NCBI GenBank assembly: GCA_050175015.1
Contig: JBFXJJ010000004.1
Location: 32,001 to 96,000 of the forward strand
Direction: 5' to 3'
Length of the DNA stretch: 64,000 bases
DNA from: Alphaproteobacteria bacterium
GTDB taxonomy: Bacteria > Pseudomonadota > Alphaproteobacteria > JBFXJJ01
In this document: in pieces, positions 36,644-46,274 of the stretch
Layout of the letters: every line of letters begins with the position of its first letter
Numbering within the stretch: position 1 is the first letter of the stretch
The notes under the pieces: generated by a model
Database searches by the model: none
Seen by the model: the letters and a program-made list of their open reading frames with translations, nothing else
Told to the model about the DNA's origin: nothing
Position numbers and translations under genes: made by a program

Positions 36644-37309
36644 TTATCTTCTTTTTAGTGGCTTTTTTACTCTTTTAAGCTCTCTAAGAACATAAGAAGA
36701 AACGACTTGATGTAAATCCAACAACTGATCGCCAAGGTAGTGGTCAGCCTCAGGAAGTTGGTGATATTGAACCTTTATATTTTTTTGAGCATTTAGCTTT
36801 CTTGCAAGGTTAGCAACAGCAGGCTCAGAAACAACTTCATCTTTTGCCCCCTGAACAATAAGTCCAGAAGATGGACAAGGAGCTAAAAATGAAAAATCTT
36901 TAGTCCCTGCGGGAGGAGAAACAGAGATAAAACCTTCTATTTCTGGACGGCGCATCAAAAGCTGCATACCAATCCATGCTCCAAAAGAATATCCTGCGAC
37001 CCAGCACTCAGAAGACTCCGGATTCATTGATTGAAGCCAATCAAGAGCTGATGCGGCATCGCTAAGCTCACCAGGACCACCCTCAAAAACCCTTTGAGAA
37101 CGTCCGACACTTCTAAAATTAAACCGCAAAACGGAAAAACCTAAACGTGTAAAACATTTAAATAAGGTATAAACGACCTTATTATTCATATTCCCACCTA
37201 ATCTTGGGTGGGGATGCAGAATAATAGCAAGAGGAGCCCTTGATTTTTCGCTATGATGATAACGCCCTTCCAGTCTTCCTTCCGAGCCGTTAAAAGTTAC
37301 TTCTGGCAT
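36644..37309 (-). CDS. Conserved alphaproteobacterial alpha/beta hydrolase
   Basis: LHPHPRLGGNMNN, RFNFR, GYSFG nucleophile elbow, LLMRRPEI and FLAPCPSSG. Confidence 0.88.
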   Translation of the reverse strand: MPEVTFNGSEGRLEGRYHHSEKSRAPLAIILHPHPRLGGNMNNKVVYTLFKCFTRLGFSVLRFNFRSVGRSQRVFEGGPGELSDAASALDWLQSMNPESSECWVAGYSFGAWIGMQLLMRRPEIEGFISVSPPAGTKDFSFLAPCPSSGLIVQGAKDEVVSEPAVANLARKLNAQKNIKVQYHQLPEADHYLGDQLLDLHQVVSSYVLRELKRVKKPLKRR

Positions 37310-37410
37310 TTTTACCTATCAACCTATTATGATTGTTATTGTGCAAAACTTTACGAATATAAATGTATAATATAAAAATTATTATTATATAAAGTTAATT
37401 TTTTATAAAA

Positions 37411-38079
37411 ATGAGTGTTTATATGTTTAAGTTTTTAAAAGATGAAATTGATTCTATCATTTCCAGAGACCCTGCCGCCCAATCACGTCTTGAGGTTTTA
37501 CTTTGCTATCAGGGTTTTCACGCAATTATTTTCTACCGTATTTCTAACTTTTTATGGCACCATAAATTAAAATTATGCGCTAAGATAGTAGCAACAATAG
37601 CAAGATGGCTTACAGGTATAGAAATCCACCCAGCAGCTCGACTCGGCAAAAGAATCTTTATTGATCACGGTTTTGGTCTAGTAATCGGTGAAACAGCAGA
37701 AGTTGGAGATGATGTAACCTTGTATCACGATGTCACATTAGGTGGAACGTCAACTATAAAGAGCGACGGCTCTTTGGACAAAGGAAAACGTCACCCAACA
37801 TTAAAATCTGGTGTCATTATTGGTGCTGGAGCTCAAATTCTTGGACCAATAACAGTCGGCAAAGATGCTAGGGTTGGCTCTAACGCCGTCGTTTTAAAAG
37901 ATGTTCCTGAAAATGTAACCGTTGTTGGAATACCTGCAAAAATATCAGGCTCTGGAGATCATAAATTCGCAGCATATGCAACTCCAATAGACTGCAATAT
38001 GCCCGACCCCATAACTAAGACCCTTGAAAAAATGCAGAAAGAGATAGAGGAGTTAAAAAAACAAATTGCCTCAAAATAA
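37411..38079 (+). CDS. cysE: Serine O-acetyltransferase
   Basis: RDPAA, TGIEIHPAA, FIDHG, VTLGGT and KRHPT. Confidence 0.95.
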   Translation: MSVYMFKFLKDEIDSIISRDPAAQSRLEVLLCYQGFHAIIFYRISNFLWHHKLKLCAKIVATIARWLTGIEIHPAARLGKRIFIDHGFGLVIGETAEVGDDVTLYHDVTLGGTSTIKSDGSLDKGKRHPTLKSGVIIGAGAQILGPITVGKDARVGSNAVVLKDVPENVTVVGIPAKISGSGDHKFAAYATPIDCNMPDPITKTLEKMQKEIEELKKQIASK

Positions 38080-38193
38080 TTAAATTTATTTTAGTTTTTT
38101 CAAAAACATATATATCATTACTTTAATACAACCATATTATTTTAAAATTTTTGGTTTAAAGATTTTTAATCAAACTTTAAATTAGGTACATCA

Positions 38194-38877
38194 ATGAGTG
38201 ATATTGATAATATTTCCCTATTCGATTCCATAAAGGAACCTTTAAGAAGTGAAATTAACAAAGCCATCTCGTGCCGCAGCTTTGTTGCAAACGAACAAAT
38301 AATTGATTTAAACAGCAATGGTGAAGATGTTATTTTTGTATGTGAAGGGCGTGTTAGAGTTATAATTTATTCTTTATCAGGGAGAGAAATTGCCCTAGAT
38401 GAAATTGGTGAAGGAAGCTTTTTTGGAGAGCTTGCAGCAATTGATGGTTTTCCACGATCTGCAAATGTTATGGCTGTTACAGATACAACTCTGGCTTTTC
38501 TTTCTGCTGATAATTTCTTGAAAGTATTAAAAGAAGATGCTTCGATTAGCCTAAAAGTTATGCGGAAACTCACCAGAATTATGCGGCAGGCAACAACTCG
38601 CATTATTGATTTAAGCACCCTAGGCTCCAACAACCGCGTTCACGGTGAACTTTTAAGATTAGGCAAAAGCGCCGCTGTTATTAATAACAAACCAACATTA
38701 AGCCCAATACCAACTCATAGCGAAATAGCAAGCAGAGTGAGTACCTCAAGAGAAACTGTTGCTAGAGTTATGAACGATTTAGCCCGCAAAAATATAATTA
38801 AACGAACAAGCAGCTCAATTATATTTCTGGATATGAATAAATTAGAAAATATGGTTGAAGAAGTTAAAGGGGAATAA
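38194..38877 (+). CDS. Crp/Fnr-family transcriptional regulator
   Basis: cNMP-binding motif FFGELAAIDGFPRSA and HTH THSEIASRVSTSRETVAR. Confidence 0.9.
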   Translation: MSDIDNISLFDSIKEPLRSEINKAISCRSFVANEQIIDLNSNGEDVIFVCEGRVRVIIYSLSGREIALDEIGEGSFFGELAAIDGFPRSANVMAVTDTTLAFLSADNFLKVLKEDASISLKVMRKLTRIMRQATTRIIDLSTLGSNNRVHGELLRLGKSAAVINNKPTLSPIPTHSEIASRVSTSRETVARVMNDLARKNIIKRTSSSIIFLDMNKLENMVEEVKGE

Positions 38878-39641
38878 TTTATGGTTATATCTTTTGACTT
38901 TTCTAATAAGAATTTCCTCAAACAACAAGATTTACAATCATAAATATTATTTATAAATGCGAAATTAAGGGAAAGCATTATTTATGAATTTAGATTTATA
39001 AAAAACTCGAAAATCAAAAAGCACTTTACAGTTTCATTAAATCTTAAAGCTTTTTATTAGCTTGATTTTGTGGCATCTTTCTTAACGATTTAAACCCTAT
39101 AGGTTATAAATACTGAAAATTTGTTACAAAACGTATCTCCAAAATTGAGCATAATCAATCTCATAAACAACAAAATGTTAATGCCATTTTGATTTTTAAC
39201 ATTCACAAAATGGTTTGTTTGATATAATATGCTGTAAGAGCTTTATGATACTGAGGATTTCTGCCTTATTAGCCATAAAACTTGCTAATAATAACTACCA
39301 GGTAAAAGGAACGACATAGACCATCTTTTAGCAGCGTTAATTTTTGTAATTAAACAAAATTTATCCAATACAAGCATAATGTTTTTCTATGTTTTTAACC
39401 TTTTAAGTGCATAAACAATCAGTGTCTTTAAGCCCTGCTTAAAAACTGGCTCTAAAAATGGGATTTTTATTTTTTAAACCAATTTTAAAACAACTATAAC
39501 TCCGTTTTTCGAGCTGGTCAATACGTTTTTTTATTTTTTATTATAACTTAGAATAAGGATGCATCTTCCCCATGTATCAAAACAAAAGAGTAACTTTAAC
39601 AATAAATAAAAACAACCACAAAAACTGTTAAGGAACCCCAT

Positions 39642-40535
39642 ATGATTTCCGAAATACGAAATAAAGAGTTCCGTAACCGACTTGCTCAAATAATAAATGG
39701 TGAAAGTCCTTTTGTTTGGGCAAAAAAAGTGGGCATACCAAGCGGAACGTTTGCTAGAATCTGGAACGAAGGTACAGTTCCAAAATACGAACATCTTTGT
39801 AAAATATCTGATTGCTGCAACATTAACCTTAATTGGCTGTTAAAAGGCGAAGGCTTAATGAAGCAGGATAATTTGACTAATAAATCTGCGGAACATACTA
39901 TTCCTGTTATAGGTTTTGCTAGCTGCGGTCTATCTATGGGCTGGCTAAACGAAGAAAAACTTGATTATCAAATTTTAGTTCCACAAAACATTATGGATAA
40001 AAAAGCTTTCGCTATAGTTGCCAAAGGAAAATCGATGATTCCTGAAGGGATAGCTGAGAATTCAACCTGTATTGTTGCTCCATCATTGTTACCTATAAAA
40101 GGATATCCTGTTTATATCAAATCTATCGTTTTTAATAATGGGCAAAAAACTTTTGTGTCTAGTATCAAAAGATTTGAGGGCAATAAAGACAATCACCTTT
40201 TGCTAAAAGGGTGGCTAGATCCAGATGAAAAAGGAATACAAGAGCCTTTTGTAGAACAACGAGAATCATCAAGTGTTGATATGTTTGCCCCTATTGTTTG
40301 TGTTTTTAGCCCTCAATATCCTCCATATGCGGTGAAAGATAACAATGTTCATAATTTCTCTGAAAATATCGATGTAACAAAACTTGCTCAATGCTTAGAA
40401 GCGATTGAAAAAACCAAGTCATCTTTAGATATAGTTAAACAGTCAAAAATAGCAGCTCTGCTTTATCAACATACTGTAAACAATGAAAATATTGATGAAA
40501 ATTATCTGTCTGAACTAATAGATTTAGCCAAATAA
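39642..40535 (+). CDS. Phage CI/XRE-like repressor with S24 peptidase domain
   Basis: N-terminal HTH ending NLNWLLKGEG; IPVIGFASCG cleavage region; catalytic motifs GKSMIP and IKRF. Confidence 0.8.
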   Translation: MISEIRNKEFRNRLAQIINGESPFVWAKKVGIPSGTFARIWNEGTVPKYEHLCKISDCCNINLNWLLKGEGLMKQDNLTNKSAEHTIPVIGFASCGLSMGWLNEEKLDYQILVPQNIMDKKAFAIVAKGKSMIPEGIAENSTCIVAPSLLPIKGYPVYIKSIVFNNGQKTFVSSIKRFEGNKDNHLLLKGWLDPDEKGIQEPFVEQRESSSVDMFAPIVCVFSPQYPPYAVKDNNVHNFSENIDVTKLAQCLEAIEKTKSSLDIVKQSKIAALLYQHTVNNENIDENYLSELIDLAK

Positions 40536-40602
40536 AAAGGATTAGCAGCAAAATTTTGATAAACACTAACTTTATGACGTTTGCTGCATAATGTTTTAAT
40601 AC

Positions 40603-40636
40603 AAAAAAGCCTAGAAAATTAATTCTAGGCTTCTTT
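40603..40636. terminator. Bidirectional terminator
   Basis: AAAAAAGCCTAGAA-N6-TTCTAGGCTTCTTT. Confidence 0.7.
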
Positions 40637-40745
40637 ATTAATAAAAATTAACTTACCTAACGATTTATCTTATAAAACAAAAGCAAATTTTATGTTTTCT
40701 TACGCTGCTCCAACCTATCAGCCTTAAAACCTGCCTTAAGCGTTC

Positions 40746-42164
40746 TTAGAAGCGGAAGTCTCTTTTGCCCTCTTTTATGTCATAAATATGCTCAGTTGCT
40801 ATTCTTCTAACCTTTTCGTTTGGAATTTTTAAAAGCTCTTTTTCTATCATTTCCTCGCCAAGTTTTTTCGTCTCTTCGCTGGCATAATCTTCTAAATATT
40901 CTTTTAATGTCATTAAAGCATTAGGGTGGCAGCAATTCAAAATCTGGCCATTTTTGCAAAGGCTCATAAAACGATCACCGGTTCTCCCTTCACGATAACA
41001 AGCCGTACAAAAACTAGGAATGTGACCCATTTTCATAAGCCAATTAACTATCTCATCTAAGGTTCTGGTATCACTGACATCAAACTGTTCAGATTTTTTA
41101 TCATCTTCTTCAGCTTCATAATATCCGCCGACACTCGTTCTTGAAGCACCGCTTATTTGCGATATTCCCAAAGGAAGAACCTTCTCTCTGACCGCTTGAC
41201 TTTCTCTTGTAGATATAATCATACCAGTATAAGGCACTGATATTCTGATAAGCGCGCATAGTTTAGCAAAAATATCATCACTAATACTGTTATCAAAAGC
41301 ATTAGGGTCAATATCATCCGCATGCTTAATACGAGGAACACTAATTGTATGAGGTCCAACACCAAAGGCTGCTTCTAAATGTTCTGCGTGCATTAAAAGC
41401 GCAGCAAATTCATAGCGGTAAAGTTCTAAACCAAACAAAACACCAAGCCCAACGTCATCTATTCCGCCCTGCATAGCTCTATCCATCGCTTCGGTATGAT
41501 ATGAATAATTATGTTTGGGACCTGTTGGGTGAAGCTTTTCATAACTTTCTCGGTGGTATGTTTCTTGAAAAAGAATGTATGTTCCAATTCCAGCATCTTT
41601 TAACTTTTTATAGTCTTCAACCTTTGTTGCCGCAATATTGACATTAACTCTGCGAATAGCACCGTTTTTATGCTTGATGCTGTAGATTGTCTTGATGCAC
41701 TCAAGAATATACTCGATTGGGTTATTAACAGGGTCTTCACCAGCCTCTAATGCTAATCTTTTATGCCCCATATCCTGAAGCGCGGTAACTTCTTTAACGA
41801 TTTCTTCCTGCGTTAATTTTTTGCGTGCGATTTTTTTGTTTTTAACGTGATATGGGCAATAAACACAGCCGTTAACGCAATAATTGGAAAGATAAAGCGG
41901 TGCAAACAAAACAATTCTGTTTCCATAAAAATCTCTTTTGATTTGTTCTGCTAAAGCGTACATTTCTTGAACTTTTTCAGGAATATCACAATCGAGAAGC
42001 ACCGAAGCTTCTCTATGTGTTAAGCCTTTTTTTAATCTAGCTTTGTTGAGCAGTTCATCGATTAAAGCAACATTGTTTTTATTTGCAGCAGCATAAGCAA
42101 GCGTGGCCTCAACCTCATCGTGGTTGATAAATTCATCGGCTTGCAGTGATTTTGGATTATACAT
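40746..42164 (-). CDS. hydG: [FeFe]-hydrogenase H-cluster radical SAM maturase HydG
   Basis: FAPLYLSNYCVNGCVYC (CxxxCxxC), GVGPHTISVPR, C-terminal auxiliary cluster motif SFCTACYR...CCHPNA and GKRDFRF end; 472 aa. Confidence 0.93.
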   Translation of the reverse strand: MYNPKSLQADEFINHDEVEATLAYAAANKNNVALIDELLNKARLKKGLTHREASVLLDCDIPEKVQEMYALAEQIKRDFYGNRIVLFAPLYLSNYCVNGCVYCPYHVKNKKIARKKLTQEEIVKEVTALQDMGHKRLALEAGEDPVNNPIEYILECIKTIYSIKHKNGAIRRVNVNIAATKVEDYKKLKDAGIGTYILFQETYHRESYEKLHPTGPKHNYSYHTEAMDRAMQGGIDDVGLGVLFGLELYRYEFAALLMHAEHLEAAFGVGPHTISVPRIKHADDIDPNAFDNSISDDIFAKLCALIRISVPYTGMIISTRESQAVREKVLPLGISQISGASRTSVGGYYEAEEDDKKSEQFDVSDTRTLDEIVNWLMKMGHIPSFCTACYREGRTGDRFMSLCKNGQILNCCHPNALMTLKEYLEDYASEETKKLGEEMIEKELLKIPNEKVRRIATEHIYDIKEGKRDFRF

Positions 42165-42209
42165 TTATTTTTTTCCTTAAAAGTCTTCCGAGTCAGATTT
42201 TCTTCCTCG

Positions 42210-42470
42210 TTAGTTATTTGAACTTACATGATTAGAATATGCGGTCTTAGCGCTGACCCCATCAAGCCTTCCTATTTTGCCTGACATTGCGCTTATGATG
42301 TCTTGAGGAGCATCAACAGCAAGGCTAATAATATTAATATTTTTTTCGCGGTAAGGGATTCCCATTCGCCCGATAATATACTGGCGGTATTCGTGCAAGA
42401 CCGAATTAAGCCTGGCAACCGAATCTTCTTCTTCAATAATAATACCGATTACAGCAACCCGTGTTTCTAT
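42210..42470 (-). CDS. TM1266-family putative iron-only hydrogenase system regulator, ATA start
   Basis: The frame extends 24 codons upstream of the track's TTG: (I/M)ETRVAVIGIIIEEEDSVARLNSVLHEYRQYIIGRMGIPY. An AAGGAG RBS lies 7 nt before the ATA. Confidence 0.8.
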   Translation of the reverse strand: METRVAVIGIIIEEEDSVARLNSVLHEYRQYIIGRMGIPYREKNINIISLAVDAPQDIISAMSGKIGRLDGVSAKTAYSNHVSSNN

Positions 42471-42678
42471 GGCACATCTCCTTTTACAAACCTGTTTTGC
42501 AAAAGACGTTTCTTAACCCATATTTTGAGTTGTTATTTTAAGAGTTTTGTCTTTTGCCTTAAAATGATTTCGGCATCAGAAATCTGATTTTTTAAATCTT
42601 TGCCGCAAGAAAAAAATCTCACAACGCAGATATCTTTTTTATACCACAAGACTTTTATACATTCAATAGCGTTTAAGG

Positions 42679-45600
42679 CTAGTTCTCAGCTATCTCTGCT
42701 AATTTTTTCATAATTTTCTTTACAGCTAAAAGTCGTTCTTTAGCCGTTGGAAGTTCTCTCATATAAACAATCTTATGGTCTGGTTTTATTTTTAGAACTG
42801 AACCATATTTAGAAATAAAGTTGATTAAACCTTGTGGATTAGGAAAACGATTTTCAAATAATGTTACAACGGCTCCCTTATGCCCTACTTCTATACGCTC
42901 AACATTGGCGATAAGACAAAGCCTTTTTAAATCCATCACTTCAAACAGATTTAAGACCTCGTCAGGCAGTTTTCCAAAACGGTCTATCATTTCCACCATC
43001 AAACCTTCACTCTCCTGCTCGTCTTTTAAATCGGCGATACGGCGGTACAATCCCATTCTTATACCCAAGTCTTTAATATACTCTTCTGGAATTAAAACAG
43101 GCATACCAGTATTAATCTGAGGAGAGAAGCTTTTTTGCTCAATTTCCTCTTGAGCCTTCCCATAGTTAGCAATCGCCTCCTCTAGCATATGCTGGTAAAG
43201 AGCCACACCAACCTCCTTGATATGTCCCGACTGTTCATCTCCTAGAAGATTTCCTGCCCCCCTGATGTCCATATCATAGCTTGCTAGAGAAAAGCCTGAA
43301 CCAAGCGTATCTAACGTCTGCATTACTGAAAGCCTTTTTTCGGCGGTCTTGGTTATTTTCTTGTTCTCAGGAATGGTTAAATAAGCATATGCTCTTAACT
43401 TACTGCGCCCTACTCTTCCTCTTAACTGGTAAAGCTGCGACAAGCCAAACATATCTGACCTATGAACAATCATCGTATTAACAGACGGCATATCCAGACC
43501 TGATTCGATAATTGTTGTAGAAACCAAAACATCAGCTTCACCATCGGCAAAAGATGTCATAATGTCTTCAATATTTTTAGGTGTCATCTGCCCGTGAGCT
43601 ACCGCTATTTTTAATTCGGGAACAATATCGTTTAAAGTTTCAACCAAACCGTCAATATCAGCAACCCTTGGACACACACAAAAACTCTGTCCGCCGCGAT
43701 AACGCTCTCGCATCAACGCCTCTCTAATGATAACTCTGTCAAAAGGTGTTACAAAGGTTCTAACCGCCAGCCTGTCAACGGGAGGCGTACCGATAACCGA
43801 AAGCTCTCTAACTCCAGCCAAAGCCATTTGCAGTGTTCTTGGAATTGGCGTAGCGGTAAGGGTTAAAACGTGAATATCTGATTTAAGCTGTTTTAATCTC
43901 TCTTTATGCGCCACACCAAAATGTTGTTCTTCATCAACAATCAAAAGCCCAAGATTTTTAAAACCAACGGACTTTGCTAAAACAGCGTGAGTTCCAATAA
44001 CAATATCTACCGTTCCATCGGCAAGCTCTCTCCTGATAACTTCTGCTTGTTTTGATGTTACAAGTCTTGAAAGCTGGGATATTCTAATCGGAAAGCCATT
44101 AAACCGCTCAACAAAATTCTTATAATGCTGCCTCGCTAAAAGGGTTGTAGGAACCACAACGGCAACCTGTGTTCCAGACATTGCACCGACGAAAGCCGCC
44201 CTTAGTGCCACTTCGGTTTTACCGAAACCAACATCACCACAAACGAGCCTGTCCATAGGTCTTCCCGTCCCTAAATCACCAATAACATCATTAATAGCCG
44301 ACATTTGGTCATCAGTTTCCATATAAGGAAAACGGGCAACAAATTCATCATAAATACTTTCAGGCGGCAACATCGGATAAGCTTTTTTTAGCTGCCTTTC
44401 TGCGGCAATTCTAATCAATTCTGCCGCCATTTCCATAAGCTTCTTTTTAACTTTGGCTTTTCTAGACTGCCAAGCGACCCCGCCAAGCTTATCAAGTTGA
44501 ACAAAATCACCTTCTGAGCCATAGCGAGTTACAACATTGATATTTTCGATTGGAACAAAAAGTTTGTCCCCGCCAAGATACGAAATAGCCAAACAATCGT
44601 GCCTAGCTCCTCCGGCTTCAATCGCCACCAAACCTTCATAACGTCCAATACCGTGTTCCTCGTGGACAACATAATCGCCTTCATTTAGCGTTGAAATATC
44701 GTTAATAAAATCTTTGCCTCTCTTTTTCCTTTTAGCAGGACGAGCAAGCCTTTCACCTAAAATATCCTGTTCTGCAATTACCAGAACATCATCAAACTTA
44801 AAACCGTGTTCTAGCGGCAGTGTTGTAATAAACAGCCCCGATTTATGGTTTGTTTCGTTGAAATTATCGATATGCTCTATTTTAGAAAAGCCCTTTTCCT
44901 CTAATAGATTTGCCAATCTATCCTCAGAACCTTCACTAAAAGCACCCAAAATAACCTTGCCGCCAGCATCTATTTCCGCAAAAACATCAAGCCTTAATTT
45001 TTTATAAACATTAGCAGGATCGCCTTTTTCACTAGCATAATGATATGCTATCCTTCCGCCGGCATTAATAATCTCGCCTTCTTTTTCAGGAGTGTTAAAA
45101 GGCGAAAAACAAACCGCCGATTTTTTCTCTAAAATATTTTCCAACTCATCTTTTGTCAGCCACATCGTTTCGGGATTAACAGGCTTGTAAACAAAGCCTT
45201 TGCCTTTAATTTTGACCGCTTCAGAACGAGCTTGAAAATATTCCAAAATTTGGGAATACCTTTCTTCAACCGCGCTGTCTGTTAAATTATCAACCGTAAC
45301 TCTGGCGTTCGGCAAATAAGAAAATATCGTTTCTAAATTATCATAAAACAACGGCAGCCAATGTTCCATTCCTGCAAAATAACGACCAGATGAAATAGAG
45401 GTATAAAGCTCATCATTATCGGTAGCAACACCAAAGGTTTTGCGGTAGTTCATACGAAATCTTGAAATTGAAGCATTACTTAAAAAAACCTCTCTAACAG
45501 GTTTTAAAATAATGCTTTTTATTTTTGAAATTGTCCTCTGTGTAACGACATCAAACGTTTTTATTTCTTCAACCTCATCACCAAATAAATCAATGCGAAA

Positions 45601-46152
45601 CGGCTCTTCGGCTCCTGTTGGGAAAACGTCGATAATACCGCCGCGCTTTGCATAATCGCCATACTCCATAACCTGTTCAACAAGATTATAGCCATTTTCA
45701 GCCAAATAACCTGAAAGCTTTGAAACATCTAATGTCTTTCCTCTAGTAATATTAAAAACTGATGCTGCAAAAAAATTAGACGGCGGGACTTTCTGCAAAA
45801 CAGCATTAACTGTTGTGATGAGTAAAACAGGCTCATCTCCATTATTTTTAGCCAGCGCCGACAGGGCTTCAAGCCTTTTGGCTGTAATGTCAGATTTAGG
45901 AGAAACTCTGTCATAAGGAACGGTATCCCAAGCAGGAAACTCTAAAACCTTAACTTCAGGATAAAAAAAGGAAATAGCGTTAGCAATATATGCCATTCTA
46001 ACGTCATCAGAAGCGATATGAATCACAGACTGTTTTTTCTTAAGCATTTCGGCAATAAAGTAAGCATCTAAGCCTATTGGAGCTCCAGCCAGGATTATTT
46101 TCCTAGAACTTAAAGCCGCATCATTAAGTTGTTTAAGTATATTATTTAACAT
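42679..46152 (-). CDS. mfd: Transcription-repair coupling factor
   Basis: [42 protein letters not shown] and QLRGRVGRS. Confidence 0.97.
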   Translation of the reverse strand: MLNNILKQLNDAALSSRKIILAGAPIGLDAYFIAEMLKKKQSVIHIASDDVRMAYIANAISFFYPEVKVLEFPAWDTVPYDRVSPKSDITAKRLEALSALAKNNGDEPVLLITTVNAVLQKVPPSNFFAASVFNITRGKTLDVSKLSGYLAENGYNLVEQVMEYGDYAKRGGIIDVFPTGAEEPFRIDLFGDEVEEIKTFDVVTQRTISKIKSIILKPVREVFLSNASISRFRMNYRKTFGVATDNDELYTSISSGRYFAGMEHWLPLFYDNLETIFSYLPNARVTVDNLTDSAVEERYSQILEYFQARSEAVKIKGKGFVYKPVNPETMWLTKDELENILEKKSAVCFSPFNTPEKEGEIINAGGRIAYHYASEKGDPANVYKKLRLDVFAEIDAGGKVILGAFSEGSEDRLANLLEEKGFSKIEHIDNFNETNHKSGLFITTLPLEHGFKFDDVLVIAEQDILGERLARPAKRKKRGKDFINDISTLNEGDYVVHEEHGIGRYEGLVAIEAGGARHDCLAISYLGGDKLFVPIENINVVTRYGSEGDFVQLDKLGGVAWQSRKAKVKKKLMEMAAELIRIAAERQLKKAYPMLPPESIYDEFVARFPYMETDDQMSAINDVIGDLGTGRPMDRLVCGDVGFGKTEVALRAAFVGAMSGTQVAVVVPTTLLARQHYKNFVERFNGFPIRISQLSRLVTSKQAEVIRRELADGTVDIVIGTHAVLAKSVGFKNLGLLIVDEEQHFGVAHKERLKQLKSDIHVLTLTATPIPRTLQMALAGVRELSVIGTPPVDRLAVRTFVTPFDRVIIREALMRERYRGGQSFCVCPRVADIDGLVETLNDIVPELKIAVAHGQMTPKNIEDIMTSFADGEADVLVSTTIIESGLDMPSVNTMIVHRSDMFGLSQLYQLRGRVGRSKLRAYAYLTIPENKKITKTAEKRLSVMQTLDTLGSGFSLASYDMDIRGAGNLLGDEQSGHIKEVGVALYQHMLEEAIANYGKAQEEIEQKSFSPQINTGMPVLIPEEYIKDLGIRMGLYRRIADLKDEQESEGLMVEMIDRFGKLPDEVLNLFEVMDLKRLCLIANVERIEVGHKGAVVTLFENRFPNPQGLINFISKYGSVLKIKPDHKIVYMRELPTAKERLLAVKKIMKKLAEIAEN

Positions 46153-46274
46153 ATTGAATTATTTCGCTTTTTATATTAAAAATGACTTGGGGTGATTTTG
46201 ATAGTTAATTTTCCTGTTATTATGGTTATAATATTTTTTTCAATAAGGCAAATTATAATCTTTTAGAGCATTGT

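Noticed and set aside
39531-39794. 87-aa minus-strand ORF as a Cro/Ner partner
   Set aside because: It overlaps the repressor gene antisense by about 150 bp and shows no HTH pattern.
40746-42164. ThiH call for the radical SAM protein
   Set aside because: It has the C-terminal CxxC...C auxiliary cluster extension and a TM1266-family neighbour, both pointing to HydG.
42486-42670. Possible riboswitch upstream of the regulator-hydG pair (GCAAAAGAC...GTCTTTTGC)
   Set aside because: No conserved TPP, SAM or cobalamin motif was recognised; an Rfam scan would be needed.
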